Shown here: one piece after another, positions 9,291 through 18,225 of the stretch
Layout of the letters: each line of letters starts with the position of its first letter
Numbering within the stretch: the first letter of the stretch is position 1
From: a virus
Virus record (IMG/VR): IMGVR_UViG_3300044801_000208
Span: 1-64,000 of that record
Direction: 5' to 3' (one strand)
DNA length: 64,000 nt
Made by a program: the position numbers and the translations under genes
Notes under the pieces: generated by a model
What the model was told of the DNA's origin: nothing
What the model saw: only the letters and a program-made list of their open reading frames with translations
The model's database searches: none

Positions 9291-9929
9291 CTACTCCGCG
9301 TCCTTCAGGAGGGCCAGGGGCACGCCCTGCTCCTTCGCGTCCTGCGCGTCAAGGTAGCCGGACATGGCGTCGAGGCTCTCCTCCACGTTGGCGTCGACGT
9401 TGGGGTCCGCCGGGACTCCGTCGATGTCCCCGGTCATGGTGATCCCCGCCTCGGCCAGCTCCTCGTCCGTGAGCGGCTGGGCGATGTTGAGGTGGCCCGT
9501 GGGGTCAATGTGGGACGGGCGAGCCGGGCCCTGCGGCACGGCCATCCTGGTGTTCTTGGCCTCAAGGGGGTCGCGCGGCTCGCGGCGCTTGGGCATGTTG
9601 ACACCCATGGCCTGCACGCTGCCGCCCGCCTCTGCGGTGGCCACGAGGCCACCCGTGTCGCCCGGCTCTACCTGGCGGGACGAAATGAATTGAGTCTTGC
9701 CTGAATTTTGTGCTTCAGCCGCTAAGCACTCAATCATTGTTTCTTTCGCAAATTCTGCTATATCTGCGTTTGCGGCGTGTTTTTCACACGCGGCAAAGAC
9801 AGGTTCCCCCAGAGGGGCTGTATACCGCACATCGCCATATTCACGATGGATTCTACACGGACAGGTATCCTTCTCAAGCTCCAAACGAAACACACTGACC
9901 TTTTTCACCTTCATAGATATCTCCTCCAA
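9291..9929 (-). CDS. hypothetical protein
   Basis: 212-aa ORF; 5' third is AT-rich. Confidence 0.6.
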   Translation of the reverse strand: MEEISMKVKKVSVFRLELEKDTCPCRIHREYGDVRYTAPLGEPVFAACEKHAANADIAEFAKETMIECLAAEAQNSGKTQFISSRQVEPGDTGGLVATAEAGGSVQAMGVNMPKRREPRDPLEAKNTRMAVPQGPARPSHIDPTGHLNIAQPLTDEELAEAGITMTGDIDGVPADPNVDANVEESLDAMSGYLDAQDAKEQGVPLALLKDAE

Positions 9930-10040
9930 TTCTTTTCTTTGCTTGGTTTGGCAACCGCTTCCGGCTGTACTCTCGGATTGCCTTGCAGCCGCACGCCTTC
10001 TCGACCGTCAGGCGGTGCACGCTGCTCTTGGTGACCTTCA

Positions 10041-10403
10041 TTAGGCCTTCTTCTTCGCTGCCTTCTTCTTCGCCACGGCGACGGGCTTGGCCTTGGCCTT
10101 GCCGTTGGCGGACGGGTCGGCTACGGTCGTTGTTGGCGTGGGCTGGGCGGCCGCCTGCGCGGGGACGACCTCTGCGGGCTGCGGGATGCTCAGGTTGACG
10201 TTGTAGTTGATGAACGGCCTGAAGCCCGCCTGGGTCTTCTGGTTGCCCTTCTCGTCCAGGTCCGGGGTGCCGTCCTCCTTGGTGAGGGGGACGAGGACCT
10301 CGTGGCCGAGGGCCGCGACGCCGGGCTGAATCTGGCGAATCTGGAGGGCCTCCGGCGCGATCTCCACGTACTCCTTGTTGTCCAGCAGAAACACTACCTT
10401 CAT
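10041..10403 (-). CDS. hypothetical protein with Lys/Ala-rich (histone H1-like) tail
   Basis: ...KAKAKPVAVAKKKAAKKKA. Confidence 0.65.
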   Translation of the reverse strand: MKVVFLLDNKEYVEIAPEALQIRQIQPGVAALGHEVLVPLTKEDGTPDLDEKGNQKTQAGFRPFINYNVNLSIPQPAEVVPAQAAAQPTPTTTVADPSANGKAKAKPVAVAKKKAAKKKA

Positions 10404-10414
10404 GGTGTTTTTAG

Positions 10415-10732
10415 CGGCGGAAACCCAGCCTTTAGGCTGGGAGGAGCCGCGTCCTCCGACTCTAAATTTGGCGGTTTAACGTTCCGCCAAACGTCGGGAT
10501 CACTCCCAAACCCAAACCCTAAGGTTCGGCTATTGATCTCTTCGACAGTTGCCGACTTAGAGGCTGGAAACTAGAGAAGCATTCCCCGCATAAACCGTAC
10601 TACCACGTACAATCGGCTAACTTTGCGAACTGGAACTTAACCCAGTCTAGACTTGTCTAGTGCATAGGTTTGACCTGCTTCCGCCTGTTGGTCAGGCTTC
10701 CGCAAGCCCAGACTTTAGTCTGGGTCTATGAC
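10415..10732 (-). mobile_element. non-autonomous IscB-family (HEARO/omegaRNA) IS200/IS605 mini-element without iscB
   Basis: 5' GTCA + hairpin CCCAGAC-TAAA-GTCTGGG-CTTG; internal GAATGCTTCTCTAGTTTCCAGCCTCT; 3' CTCCTCCCAGCC-TAAA-GGCTGGGTTTCC; no ORF; removal restores GCA TTC TAA at the end of the flanking gene. Confidence 0.7.
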
Positions 10733-11517
10733 AATGCGTGTCCGGCGTAAAGACCGGAAACGAAGCCAGTGATGAACCCAAACTTAAACCAGCGCCTCTT
10801 GGACTTGCGGGCCTCGTCCTTCACGACCTTGATCTGGTCCACGCACTGGGCCTGGTGGTCCTGGTCCAGCTTGACCGCGCCCGCGACCGAGGCGTTCAGC
10901 GTCGTCACCTGCCCGTTCAGGTCGAAGATGCTCTTGTTCTGGGACGCTATCAGCTGGTCGCCGTTCGCCTTGAGCGTGGTCTCGTTCGCGAGCTCCTGGG
11001 TCAGGACGGGCACTTTCTCGAGCTGCTGCACCGTGGCCAGGGCGTTCGACGGCGTGACCGTGACGTTGTTGCCCGAGCCTATGGCCCCGGAGAAGTTCGT
11101 GCCGGGGGCGAGCTGCGCCCAGCGGTCGACGAGCGCGGGGACTGGCAAGGAGGCGTCCGTCTTCTGCTGCTTCGTCAGGGCGTTCGCCAGGGCCACGTTC
11201 GCGGCCGTGAGCTGCGCGTTCTGGGCGGTGACCTTGTCGGTGAGGGCCTGGAGCTGAGCCTTGTCGGCGGCGACGATCTGTGCCTGCTGCTGGGCCTGGG
11301 CCGCCAGAACCGCGTTCTGCTGCGCCTGCTGGGCCGCCACGATCTGCGCCTGCTTGAGCGCCGCGTTGTCGTGGTCCAGCCTGATCTGCGCGTACTTGCC
11401 GTAGCCCCACCAGAGGACGACCGCCGCCACGATGACGATGATCAGCCGCTCGTGGTCCAGGAGGAACGTCCTGATCTTGCCTGGGGTGCTGCCCGTGATC
11501 GGTGCTGTGGATGCCAT
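10726..11517 (-). CDS. membrane-anchored coiled-coil protein (spanin-like or virion)
   Basis: N-terminal TM, Q/A-rich coiled coil, C-terminal hydrophobic tail. Confidence 0.6.
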   Translation of the reverse strand: MASTAPITGSTPGKIRTFLLDHERLIIVIVAAVVLWWGYGKYAQIRLDHDNAALKQAQIVAAQQAQQNAVLAAQAQQQAQIVAADKAQLQALTDKVTAQNAQLTAANVALANALTKQQKTDASLPVPALVDRWAQLAPGTNFSGAIGSGNNVTVTPSNALATVQQLEKVPVLTQELANETTLKANGDQLIASQNKSIFDLNGQVTTLNASVAGAVKLDQDHQAQCVDQIKVVKDEARKSKRRWFKFGFITGFVSGLYAGHALS

Positions 11518-11548
11518 GGGGAAGTCTCCAAAACCCCTAAAACAGGGT

Positions 11549-12091
11549 CTAATAGGGGTTTGAAATTGCTGTTTTTGCTCCTAGATTGAGATGGAAGTGC
11601 ACGCGCCTAAGCCAGGCCACAAACTCTTCGTAGGATAAGTCTGACTTGGCCTGATTGCAGATTCGGCAGCAGGGAACACAGTTGCCGCTCACGTATCCAA
11701 GCGCGTTGTCTTTGCGGTCCACGCCGTTGTACACGTACACAGTCGGGCAGGTCGGCTGCTTACGGACCTGCTTCGGCTCCACGCCGCAGTAGTGGCAGTT
11801 ACCAGATGCCAGTGTCCTGAACTCGTTGAAGGACAGGTCGAAGATGTACCCGCGCTTCGCCGCCTTCGCCCTGTAGGCGGCAAACAATGCGTTCGCGGCG
11901 GCGGCTCCGGGGGGCAAGGAATTTTTTCCCGTTAGGCATCCGCAGCTTTTGGTGGGTCGTTTGCGGCTGCGGAGCTTGTCCTGACTTATGGCCGCAGTCT
12001 CCCCACAGGCGCACTGACACTCCCACTTCCTGCCGGGCAAGCGGCGTAAAACCGTCAATAAACCTATCGGCTGATTCGTCAGATCAATCAC
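11549..12091 (-). CDS. HNH-type homing endonuclease
   Basis: DLT...GLLTV...W.C.C.CG, KSCGC, CHYCG, NGVDRKDN..GY..GNCVPCC..CN.AK. Confidence 0.85.
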   Translation of the reverse strand: MIDLTNQPIGLLTVLRRLPGRKWECQCACGETAAISQDKLRSRKRPTKSCGCLTGKNSLPPGAAAANALFAAYRAKAAKRGYIFDLSFNEFRTLASGNCHYCGVEPKQVRKQPTCPTVYVYNGVDRKDNALGYVSGNCVPCCRICNQAKSDLSYEEFVAWLRRVHFHLNLGAKTAISNPY

Positions 12092-14484
12092 TTTTTCTTC
12101 TCTTTGAACCGCACACACCAACAAGGTCCAGTAGCTTGTTTAGTACTCACCCACGGGTGGATGGCGTGGTTCGACACGTCGGTGCACCTCATCCACGCGC
12201 CCTTGGGCGACAGCTTGTGGGCCTTGCGCTCGTGCAGGCACTCCCCGCACTTGTCGGTCGGCAGCTTCTTGCGCTTCTTCGGCTCCTTCTTGGCCGCCGC
12301 GAGCCTCTTGACCTCCGCCGCCGGGAGGGTCTTCGCCCTGGACTTCTGGCGGGCCTCCCTGCTGCGCCCGTCCTTGCAGACCTCCTGGGTCAGCACGGGG
12401 ATGCCCAGGGCGGGGTCGATCTTGGCGATCTGGGCGGCGCTGAACTTGTACTCCTTGCCGTACTTCTTGATGATCTCCCGGTAGTTCGAGAGGCTCGGGT
12501 CGATCTTGGCGAAGTAGTCCTGGCGCAGCCTGTCCTTGACGATGCAATTATGCGCCACTACCCCATTTGCCACATAGGTTTCTGTGTTCGCCACCGAAAA
12601 GTTGTGGACGTTTCCGTCGAACTCCACCAACGCGACGGATTTTACAGGCATGCAATAGTAACCAGCGTGATAAAAGGTGTCATGACGCATCTCTTTTCCT
12701 GTGTCTGTCCACCAGATCATCCAGCTTTTAGCGCGGGAGCCGAAATTGGTTTGCTCCCCGTCATGGTAATGACTAATGCTCGGATAGCATTTTAGGGCGA
12801 CCAGTAGGTACCAAATTTGGTAAGCGAGTTGGTATGACGCTGTAGTCGCCCAGTGTCCTCCGTTGCCGTGTTCCGCATCGTGCCCGTCCCCCTCGGCGTA
12901 CCCGTCTATCAAGCCCCTTAAACACTCCTCATCCCATCCGTACAGAAACTCAGGGATGTGCTTCGTGTAGCGATCCTCCCCGAACCACTCACGGAACGTG
13001 GCCGCCAGCGACACGGAATTCACCCGCACCACACGGTAGTTTTCGTGTTCATCAACATCGGCGGTTACACCAAATTGCGCGAGCGCCGCCTGCACTTTTA
13101 CAACAGATGTTTTTTTGTCTAAGGTAAGAGAGAATGATGTTTCGCCTGTTTTGCCGCCATCCGCTATGTACAACCCGAACAACCAAGCCAATTCTTTGTT
13201 GGGCTTGATGCCTGTAATGATCTTCTTGGCGAGATGGTGTGATGACTCCTGAAAAATCGGAACACTACCAACTTTGGGCAATTTGACCGGGCACAGCAGA
13301 AAGTCGCTGTCCCGTACTTCTGACGCAGGAACCCATACCGGCGCGGGGTTCTTCACGCTCTTGGGGCTGGTTCCCCAATGCGGCCTCCACGTCTGCCCTT
13401 TGCTGTTCTTTTTTGACCGCAAGACAAGTAGCCCATGCTCTGGAGTGCTACGGAAAGGCAAGTTTCCGAGCAAACTGACTTCAACAAGTTTGCCTTTATA
13501 CGGTCTCGCCATGTAGTCGGTCAAAGCTTGAATATCCCCGTTTAAGTCTAACACATCATTGGAGATAAGTCCATCGCTCGCTCTGAATGGAAGAAGTCCC
13601 TGCATGACGGTCTCGCCGGGTAAGCAATAGACGATGAACAGGTTCTTGGGGGCCTTGATCTCTTTCCGCTTCAGGGAGGCGACGACGGCCTTGGCGATCT
13701 CCATCGGGTTGTGCTGCCCCTCGATGAGCACGAGCTTCTTGACCAGCGCGGTGACCGTGCGCTGCCGGGAGTGCTTCTTCGGCTCGTCCGTCGGGACCTC
13801 CGCCACCTGCTCCACGGGCGGGGCGGACTCGTCCAGGTGCAGGTCCTCCTCCACCATCGCGGCGGCGGCCGCCGGGAAGTCGCGGAACAGGTCGGCGACG
13901 AGCTGGCAGTAGTAGTAGACGCGCTGCTCCTTCGGGACGTGCGAGAGGTTCAGGAGGTTGCGGACGGGGGTCTCAAGGAGGATGGACTTGGTGCGGAGGG
14001 TGACGCGCACGACGGCGCGGCCGTCGCCGATGATCTCGACCGTGCCGCAGAAGTCGCGGGTCTCGCCGTTCAGGATGCGGACGAAGGAGCCGACCTCGAT
14101 GCCGATCGCGCGGCGCTGGTGCTCGTCGGCCGCCTGCTTGATGAGCGACTGGACGTAGGCGTCCTCAACGGGGATGGCCTTGGAGGGGCGGTTCGTGTCC
14201 CCCTCCGTCACGAGTCCACAAATTCCCGTAACAGATTTTAATCTAAGTAATGCTGAAAAATTAGTAGAGCGGACAAAAAGGTACGGACCCGTTGAAAGCT
14301 CGAAAATATCCAAGTCGCGCTTTACCACAGGGATAAAAATTTCAATGGGGGCGTCTCGGAATATCCCGCCGAGCGCCTTGCCCATACGCCGCAAAGTGGA
14401 TTCGGCTGTTTTCTCGCTTCTGATCTCACATAGAAACCAAGGCTGCCCCTGCACCTTTGATACGTCGCCATAGGTCAGAATCAA
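12088..14484 (-). CDS. NusG-family antitermination factor (NGN+KOW) with long C-terminal extension and an intein
   Basis: WFLCEI...IFIP...PYLFV...VTGICGLV...AIPV (NGN); IEVGSFVRILNGETRDFCGTV (KOW); TTG start overlaps upstream TGA. Confidence 0.8.
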   Translation of the reverse strand: MILTYGDVSKVQGQPWFLCEIRSEKTAESTLRRMGKALGGIFRDAPIEIFIPVVKRDLDIFELSTGPYLFVRSTNFSALLRLKSVTGICGLVTEGDTNRPSKAIPVEDAYVQSLIKQAADEHQRRAIGIEVGSFVRILNGETRDFCGTVEIIGDGRAVVRVTLRTKSILLETPVRNLLNLSHVPKEQRVYYYCQLVADLFRDFPAAAAAMVEEDLHLDESAPPVEQVAEVPTDEPKKHSRQRTVTALVKKLVLIEGQHNPMEIAKAVVASLKRKEIKAPKNLFIVYCLPGETVMQGLLPFRASDGLISNDVLDLNGDIQALTDYMARPYKGKLVEVSLLGNLPFRSTPEHGLLVLRSKKNSKGQTWRPHWGTSPKSVKNPAPVWVPASEVRDSDFLLCPVKLPKVGSVPIFQESSHHLAKKIITGIKPNKELAWLFGLYIADGGKTGETSFSLTLDKKTSVVKVQAALAQFGVTADVDEHENYRVVRVNSVSLAATFREWFGEDRYTKHIPEFLYGWDEECLRGLIDGYAEGDGHDAEHGNGGHWATTASYQLAYQIWYLLVALKCYPSISHYHDGEQTNFGSRAKSWMIWWTDTGKEMRHDTFYHAGYYCMPVKSVALVEFDGNVHNFSVANTETYVANGVVAHNCIVKDRLRQDYFAKIDPSLSNYREIIKKYGKEYKFSAAQIAKIDPALGIPVLTQEVCKDGRSREARQKSRAKTLPAAEVKRLAAAKKEPKKRKKLPTDKCGECLHERKAHKLSPKGAWMRCTDVSNHAIHPWVSTKQATGPCWCVRFKEKKK
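12547..13626 (-). mobile_element. LAGLIDADG intein (360 aa) in the NusG paralogue
   Basis: Y|CLPGET...TPEH...FGLYIADG...LIDGYAEGDG...VHNFSV...VAHN|C; AT-richer than exteins. Confidence 0.9.
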
Positions 14485-15302
14485 TGTGCACCCGCCGATA
14501 AAGAGCAAAGTTTACACGCGGGGTTTACGATATTTCGCTTGGAGTGCCAGCGAATGTGATTCCCAAACAAGCCGCCTTTGGCGCAGCTTTCTGGTGTAGG
14601 CATTCTGTAAATTTCTCCGCTTTCAACCTTCAGGCGACCGCTTGCGCGTCCGCCCCTAGCCCGGATTTCCTGCGTAATGATTCCAGCGAGTCGTCCGCTC
14701 TCAACGTTCTTTTTCCCCTGTGTCCTGCCCAATTCCTGTATATGCCCGCTTGCAACATGGTTTTGTCCGCTAGTGCGCCCACCCTTGGCTCTAACTTCTG
14801 CGGTCGCTATTCTTGCCAGATGACCGCTCTCAGCATTTTTCTTCCCCCAGACTCGCCCCAACTCCTGTATACGCCCACTATCGACGGCTTTACGCCCAGC
14901 AGCCTGCGCAGCGAGTCGCTGGTGCTCAGGCGTCCGAAATTTGGCGAACTCCGCTTGCCCGCGAGCGTAAAGCTCCGCATACTTGGGCAATTCGGCAATG
15001 TCAATGTGAGCGGCGCAATGGCGATTCGCCATCATGTAAAACGTGCGCTGGAACGAAACAGTTTGCGGGGCGCACAAAGTGAGGTGGTAATGAGCCCGGA
15101 AATGGTTCTCCACGGACAGCCGAACGAGGTTGCTGTGATCCTTGCGAAACTCGGAGAACTCCGTCTTGGGAAGAATGTGGTGTCGGTGCCCCCCAGTCGC
15201 CAGCGGCGGAAGCGACTCAATGAAAGCGAAATACGGCGTGAAGTCCGCGCCGGGAACGCGGGCGGACAGGACTTCGCGTAAAACGTTGGGAACCATCATC
15301 AC
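14481..15302 (-). CDS. HNH homing endonuclease with tandem C-terminal repeats
   Basis: HRHHILPK...NLVRLSVENHFRAH; repeated SG.IQELGR..GKKN.ESG.LA. Confidence 0.75.
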   Translation of the reverse strand: MMMVPNVLREVLSARVPGADFTPYFAFIESLPPLATGGHRHHILPKTEFSEFRKDHSNLVRLSVENHFRAHYHLTLCAPQTVSFQRTFYMMANRHCAAHIDIAELPKYAELYARGQAEFAKFRTPEHQRLAAQAAGRKAVDSGRIQELGRVWGKKNAESGHLARIATAEVRAKGGRTSGQNHVASGHIQELGRTQGKKNVESGRLAGIITQEIRARGGRASGRLKVESGEIYRMPTPESCAKGGLFGNHIRWHSKRNIVNPACKLCSLSAGAH

Positions 15303-15320
15303 CCTGCTTAATACTCAAAT

Positions 15321-15349
15321 TTTACAAATTGGCACGAATTGGGTATAAT
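15321..15349 (+). promoter_or_regulatory. sigma70-type promoter
   Basis: TTTACA-N17-TATAAT; ATG 7 nt downstream of the -10 (probably leaderless). Confidence 0.7.
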
Positions 15350-15356
15350 TGGTTCT

Positions 15357-15560
15357 ATGGGCGGCTGGACGGAGGCGCGGAGCGCGGCTGGCAAGAGGAA
15401 CAGCGGGGTGAAACCTCGGACATGCCCGGTCGGGCACGCCTACGCTGGTGGACCCGCCAAAAGGTGTCCGGAATGTGGAAAAGCCCCGCGCGAGGCAGGG
15501 CTCATATTTGACGGGAAACTGCGGCTAACGGAGATCGTGATGCGTTTCGAGCCGGTCTAA
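15357..15560 (+). CDS. small Zn-ribbon protein
   Basis: CPVGH...CPECG; directly after the promoter. Confidence 0.55.
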   Translation: MGGWTEARSAAGKRNSGVKPRTCPVGHAYAGGPAKRCPECGKAPREAGLIFDGKLRLTEIVMRFEPV

Positions 15561-15566
15561 TGAAAC

Positions 15567-15852
15567 TTGATCCCCCCAGAGTGAAACTCTGGGATTCTTA
15601 GGCTACGCATACGTTTACAACCGTTACGTTAGCGCCTAAGGGCCCGATCCGGGCCCACTTGTTGCCCGCCCTTGCGGGCGTTTGCGGCGTTCGCCGAGGT
15701 TTCAAACAGGAACTAGTCCCGTTACAGTTTTGCCCGTTCCGTGCTTGGGCTTTCCAGTTCTCGCTAAGGCATAATACCGCATTTTTTTGGCAAAGGCACG
15801 ATTTCACCCGCTAACCCAGAGTGAAACTCTGGGCTTGCGCTCGTCAGAGCCG
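15567..15852 (-). mobile_element. non-autonomous IS605/tnpB mini-element (left end + omegaRNA/right end)
   Basis: Right end GAATCCCAGAG-TTTCA-CTCTGGG...TCAA like 62640; left end CGGCTCT...CCCAGAG..CTCTGGGTTAGCG like 28704; retains tnpB 3' codons KWARIGPLGANV...CVA; excision restores ATG AAA CGT CAC ATG. Confidence 0.85.
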
Positions 15853-15857
15853 GTCAC

Positions 15858-16031
15858 ATGGACGAGGAGAGGCTGGGGCAGTTCATCGCGGAGACGAAGC
15901 TGAGGGCGCAAAGGCTGGCGGAGAGCCTGCCGCCCCCGCCGTGGTACAGGCGGGTGTGGTGCGGCGGGGGAAGCGCGGACCTGTGGGACTTCCTGGTGGT
16001 ACTGCTGATCCTGAGGCTGCTGTTCGGCTAG
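15858..16031 (+). CDS. small membrane protein (original start at 15560 cut off by the mini-IS)
   Basis: MDEERL...FLVVLLILRLLFG; in frame with ATG 15560 after IS removal. Confidence 0.6.
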   Translation: MDEERLGQFIAETKLRAQRLAESLPPPPWYRRVWCGGGSADLWDFLVVLLILRLLFG

Positions 16032-17155
16032 ACCGCCTCGTCGTCCAGGAGGGCGGCGAGCGGCGAACGCTTGACGGGCGCGGGGGCGGCTGCGGCCAGG
16101 GACGGCTTGATCTGGCGGGGCGTGTGGACGCTCTGCTGCGTCTTGAGCAGCTCGTAGACGATGATCGTGATGACGTCGGCCGGGGCGGCCTGCACGGCTG
16201 CCCACTTCACCAGGACGTCCGCGACCCTGCCCACGTCGGGCAGCCCCATGTATATCTTGTTCAGCTCCTCGTCTTTCGTGTAGATCGACCTGCTGTAGAG
16301 GGAGAGCATGCGCTCGGCCGCCCTGCCGGGCATCTCCTTCCGCACCAGCTCGTCGGCCAGCGTCACCGCCCCCGCCTGGTCGCGGCGGGCTATCGTGAGG
16401 AGCAGGCGCTCGCACAGGTCCTCCATGGACGTGTCCACGACCGTCTTGACGATGTCCGGCGTCACGGTGACGCCGAGCGCCCCGCACGTGTCGAGGTACT
16501 GCACGGCGTCCCTGACGATCCCCTTGGACTGCCTGGCGATGAGCTTCAGCGCGTCCAGCTCGTAGGCGATCTGGTTGGCCGTGGCCACGGACGCGAGGTG
16601 CCCCACCATCGTGCCGTCCGGTATCCTCTCGAACGGGATGCGGATGCAGCGGGAGGCGATGTTCCTTTGGATTGAGCCGACCTGGTTGGTGACGAAGACG
16701 AACACGGAGTCCGTGTTCCCCGACTCAAGCGTCTTGAGGTACGCGCCCCACGCCTCGGGGCTGAGGAAGTGCGCCTCGTCCACCACGGTGACCCTGCGCC
16801 TGCCGATGACTGGGAGGGACAGCGTCGTGTCCACCATCTCCCTGGCCGCCTCGACCCCTGGCCTGACCGCGCCGTCCACCTCGATGAAGTCCGGGTGCTT
16901 GTCTATGCCCTCGTCCCGTATGAGGAGGCAGGAGGGGCACTGCCCGCACCCCAGCTCCTCCGGCTGCCCCGTGCACATGAGCGCCCTGGCGAGCAGGTAC
17001 GCGGTCGTAGTCTTCCCGACCCCGACGACGCCGTAGAGGATCAGGCCCCTGGACAGGAACTTGGTGTTGCGGAGCACGGCCTGGAGCACCTCGATGGGGC
17101 GCTGCTGCCCAATAATCGAACTCCATGCGCTCGGCCTCTGAGCTATTAAATTCAA
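16028..17155 (-). CDS. dnaX: DNA polymerase III gamma/tau clamp-loader subunit
   Basis: RP..W..IIGQ, GVVGVGKTT, CGQCPSC, HPDFIEVD, VDEAHFLS, LKTLE, SRC, G.VRDA. Confidence 0.9.
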   Translation of the reverse strand: MNLIAQRPSAWSSIIGQQRPIEVLQAVLRNTKFLSRGLILYGVVGVGKTTTAYLLARALMCTGQPEELGCGQCPSCLLIRDEGIDKHPDFIEVDGAVRPGVEAAREMVDTTLSLPVIGRRRVTVVDEAHFLSPEAWGAYLKTLESGNTDSVFVFVTNQVGSIQRNIASRCIRIPFERIPDGTMVGHLASVATANQIAYELDALKLIARQSKGIVRDAVQYLDTCGALGVTVTPDIVKTVVDTSMEDLCERLLLTIARRDQAGAVTLADELVRKEMPGRAAERMLSLYSRSIYTKDEELNKIYMGLPDVGRVADVLVKWAAVQAAPADVITIIVYELLKTQQSVHTPRQIKPSLAAAAPAPVKRSPLAALLDDEAV

Positions 17156-17442
17156 GCAGCTACTCCTTTCTTCGTTTGAAAACCGCCTGCTTTGATTAAG
17201 TAAGCGACAAATTCTTCATAAGGCATAGTTCGCTTCGCTTTATTGCAGACTACGCAGCACGAAACGACATTAGCTGAAAAATATCCAAGACGGTTGTTCT
17301 TGCGGTCAATTCCGTTATAAACACAGGCATTGCAGCAGCCCGGCGCGTCTGAGTAGTCCTCAAGGTTGCGGATGCGGGCGCTCACGTAGTTGCCGCACTC
17401 GCACGTCCAGGAGAACCCGTAGCTCCACTTGTTGACCCACAT
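17152..17442 (-). pseudogene. chimera: GC-rich hypothetical N-terminus fused to an HNH endonuclease C-terminus
   Basis: Abrupt GC drop near 17332, then YNGIDRKNN..GY...NVVSCC..CN.AK. Confidence 0.6.
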
Positions 17443-17488
17443 GTCAGACGACTCCGCTGGTAGGCGGCCTGAATCCCTGCTGCGCGGC

Positions 17489-17893
17489 CTACGCCTGGAG
17501 CACCTTGCTGAACTTGTAGAAGGCGTCCGCCGTGAGGTCGGACATGCCCTCCCTCTGGTAGTCCCCGAGGGTCCTGGGGTCGACGAAGCGCACCTCCGTC
17601 AGGCTCGCGCCCGGCGTCGGCTCGCCGCCCAGCCAGTCCGCGAAGCAGAAGACGGCCACGCGGTGGTCGCCAGGCTCCACGACCTCGGACAGGAACAATA
17701 CCTGCTTGGGCTGCACCTGGAGCCCGGTCTCCTCAAGCGTGACGCGCTCGGAGGTCTTGATGACCTGCTCGTTGTCGGCGATGTAGCCGCTCGGGATGAC
17801 CCACTTGCCCGCGTCGGGGCCGGACTTGGCCTTGCCTATCAGGACGTTGACGGCGTCCTTCATGATGATCGTCGCTACCTCGAGCTGCGGCAT
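17489..17893 (-). CDS. NUDIX hydrolase
   Basis: GKWVIPSGYIADNE......RVTLEETG degenerate Nudix box. Confidence 0.8.
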   Translation of the reverse strand: MPQLEVATIIMKDAVNVLIGKAKSGPDAGKWVIPSGYIADNEQVIKTSERVTLEETGLQVQPKQVLFLSEVVEPGDHRVAVFCFADWLGGEPTPGASLTEVRFVDPRTLGDYQREGMSDLTADAFYKFSKVLQA

Positions 17894-18183
17894 TACTTTT
17901 TCTCCCCGTTGCTGCAAGTGTTGGGCATCAGGACCAGGCCGCCGGAGTACCCCTCTTTCGCGAGGAGGTATTGGCACTTCGTGTCCTTGTCAGTGATCGT
18001 CCACAGCTCGGGGGTGAAGGTATCCGTCTTCTTGCGGTTCGCGATCTCGAACCTGTCCGTCTGCGTGTACTGCACGTCCGGAGTCGGCTTCTTGGCGGAG
18101 TCGTCCCCGCAGTTGGTCATGGCGATTACGCCAAAACCGGCGACCAGAAGCAACACCCACCAAAACTTCTGTTCCCAACTCAT
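17893..18183 (-). CDS. exported or membrane-anchored small protein (possible lipoprotein)
   Basis: Hydrophobic N-terminus followed by Cys; DKDTKCQYL motif. Confidence 0.55.
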   Translation of the reverse strand: MSWEQKFWWVLLLVAGFGVIAMTNCGDDSAKKPTPDVQYTQTDRFEIANRKKTDTFTPELWTITDKDTKCQYLLAKEGYSGGLVLMPNTCSNGEKK

Positions 18184-18225
18184 ATCTCCGTGACCTCCTG
18201 GACCTCGGACCTCGAGCTGCGGCAT

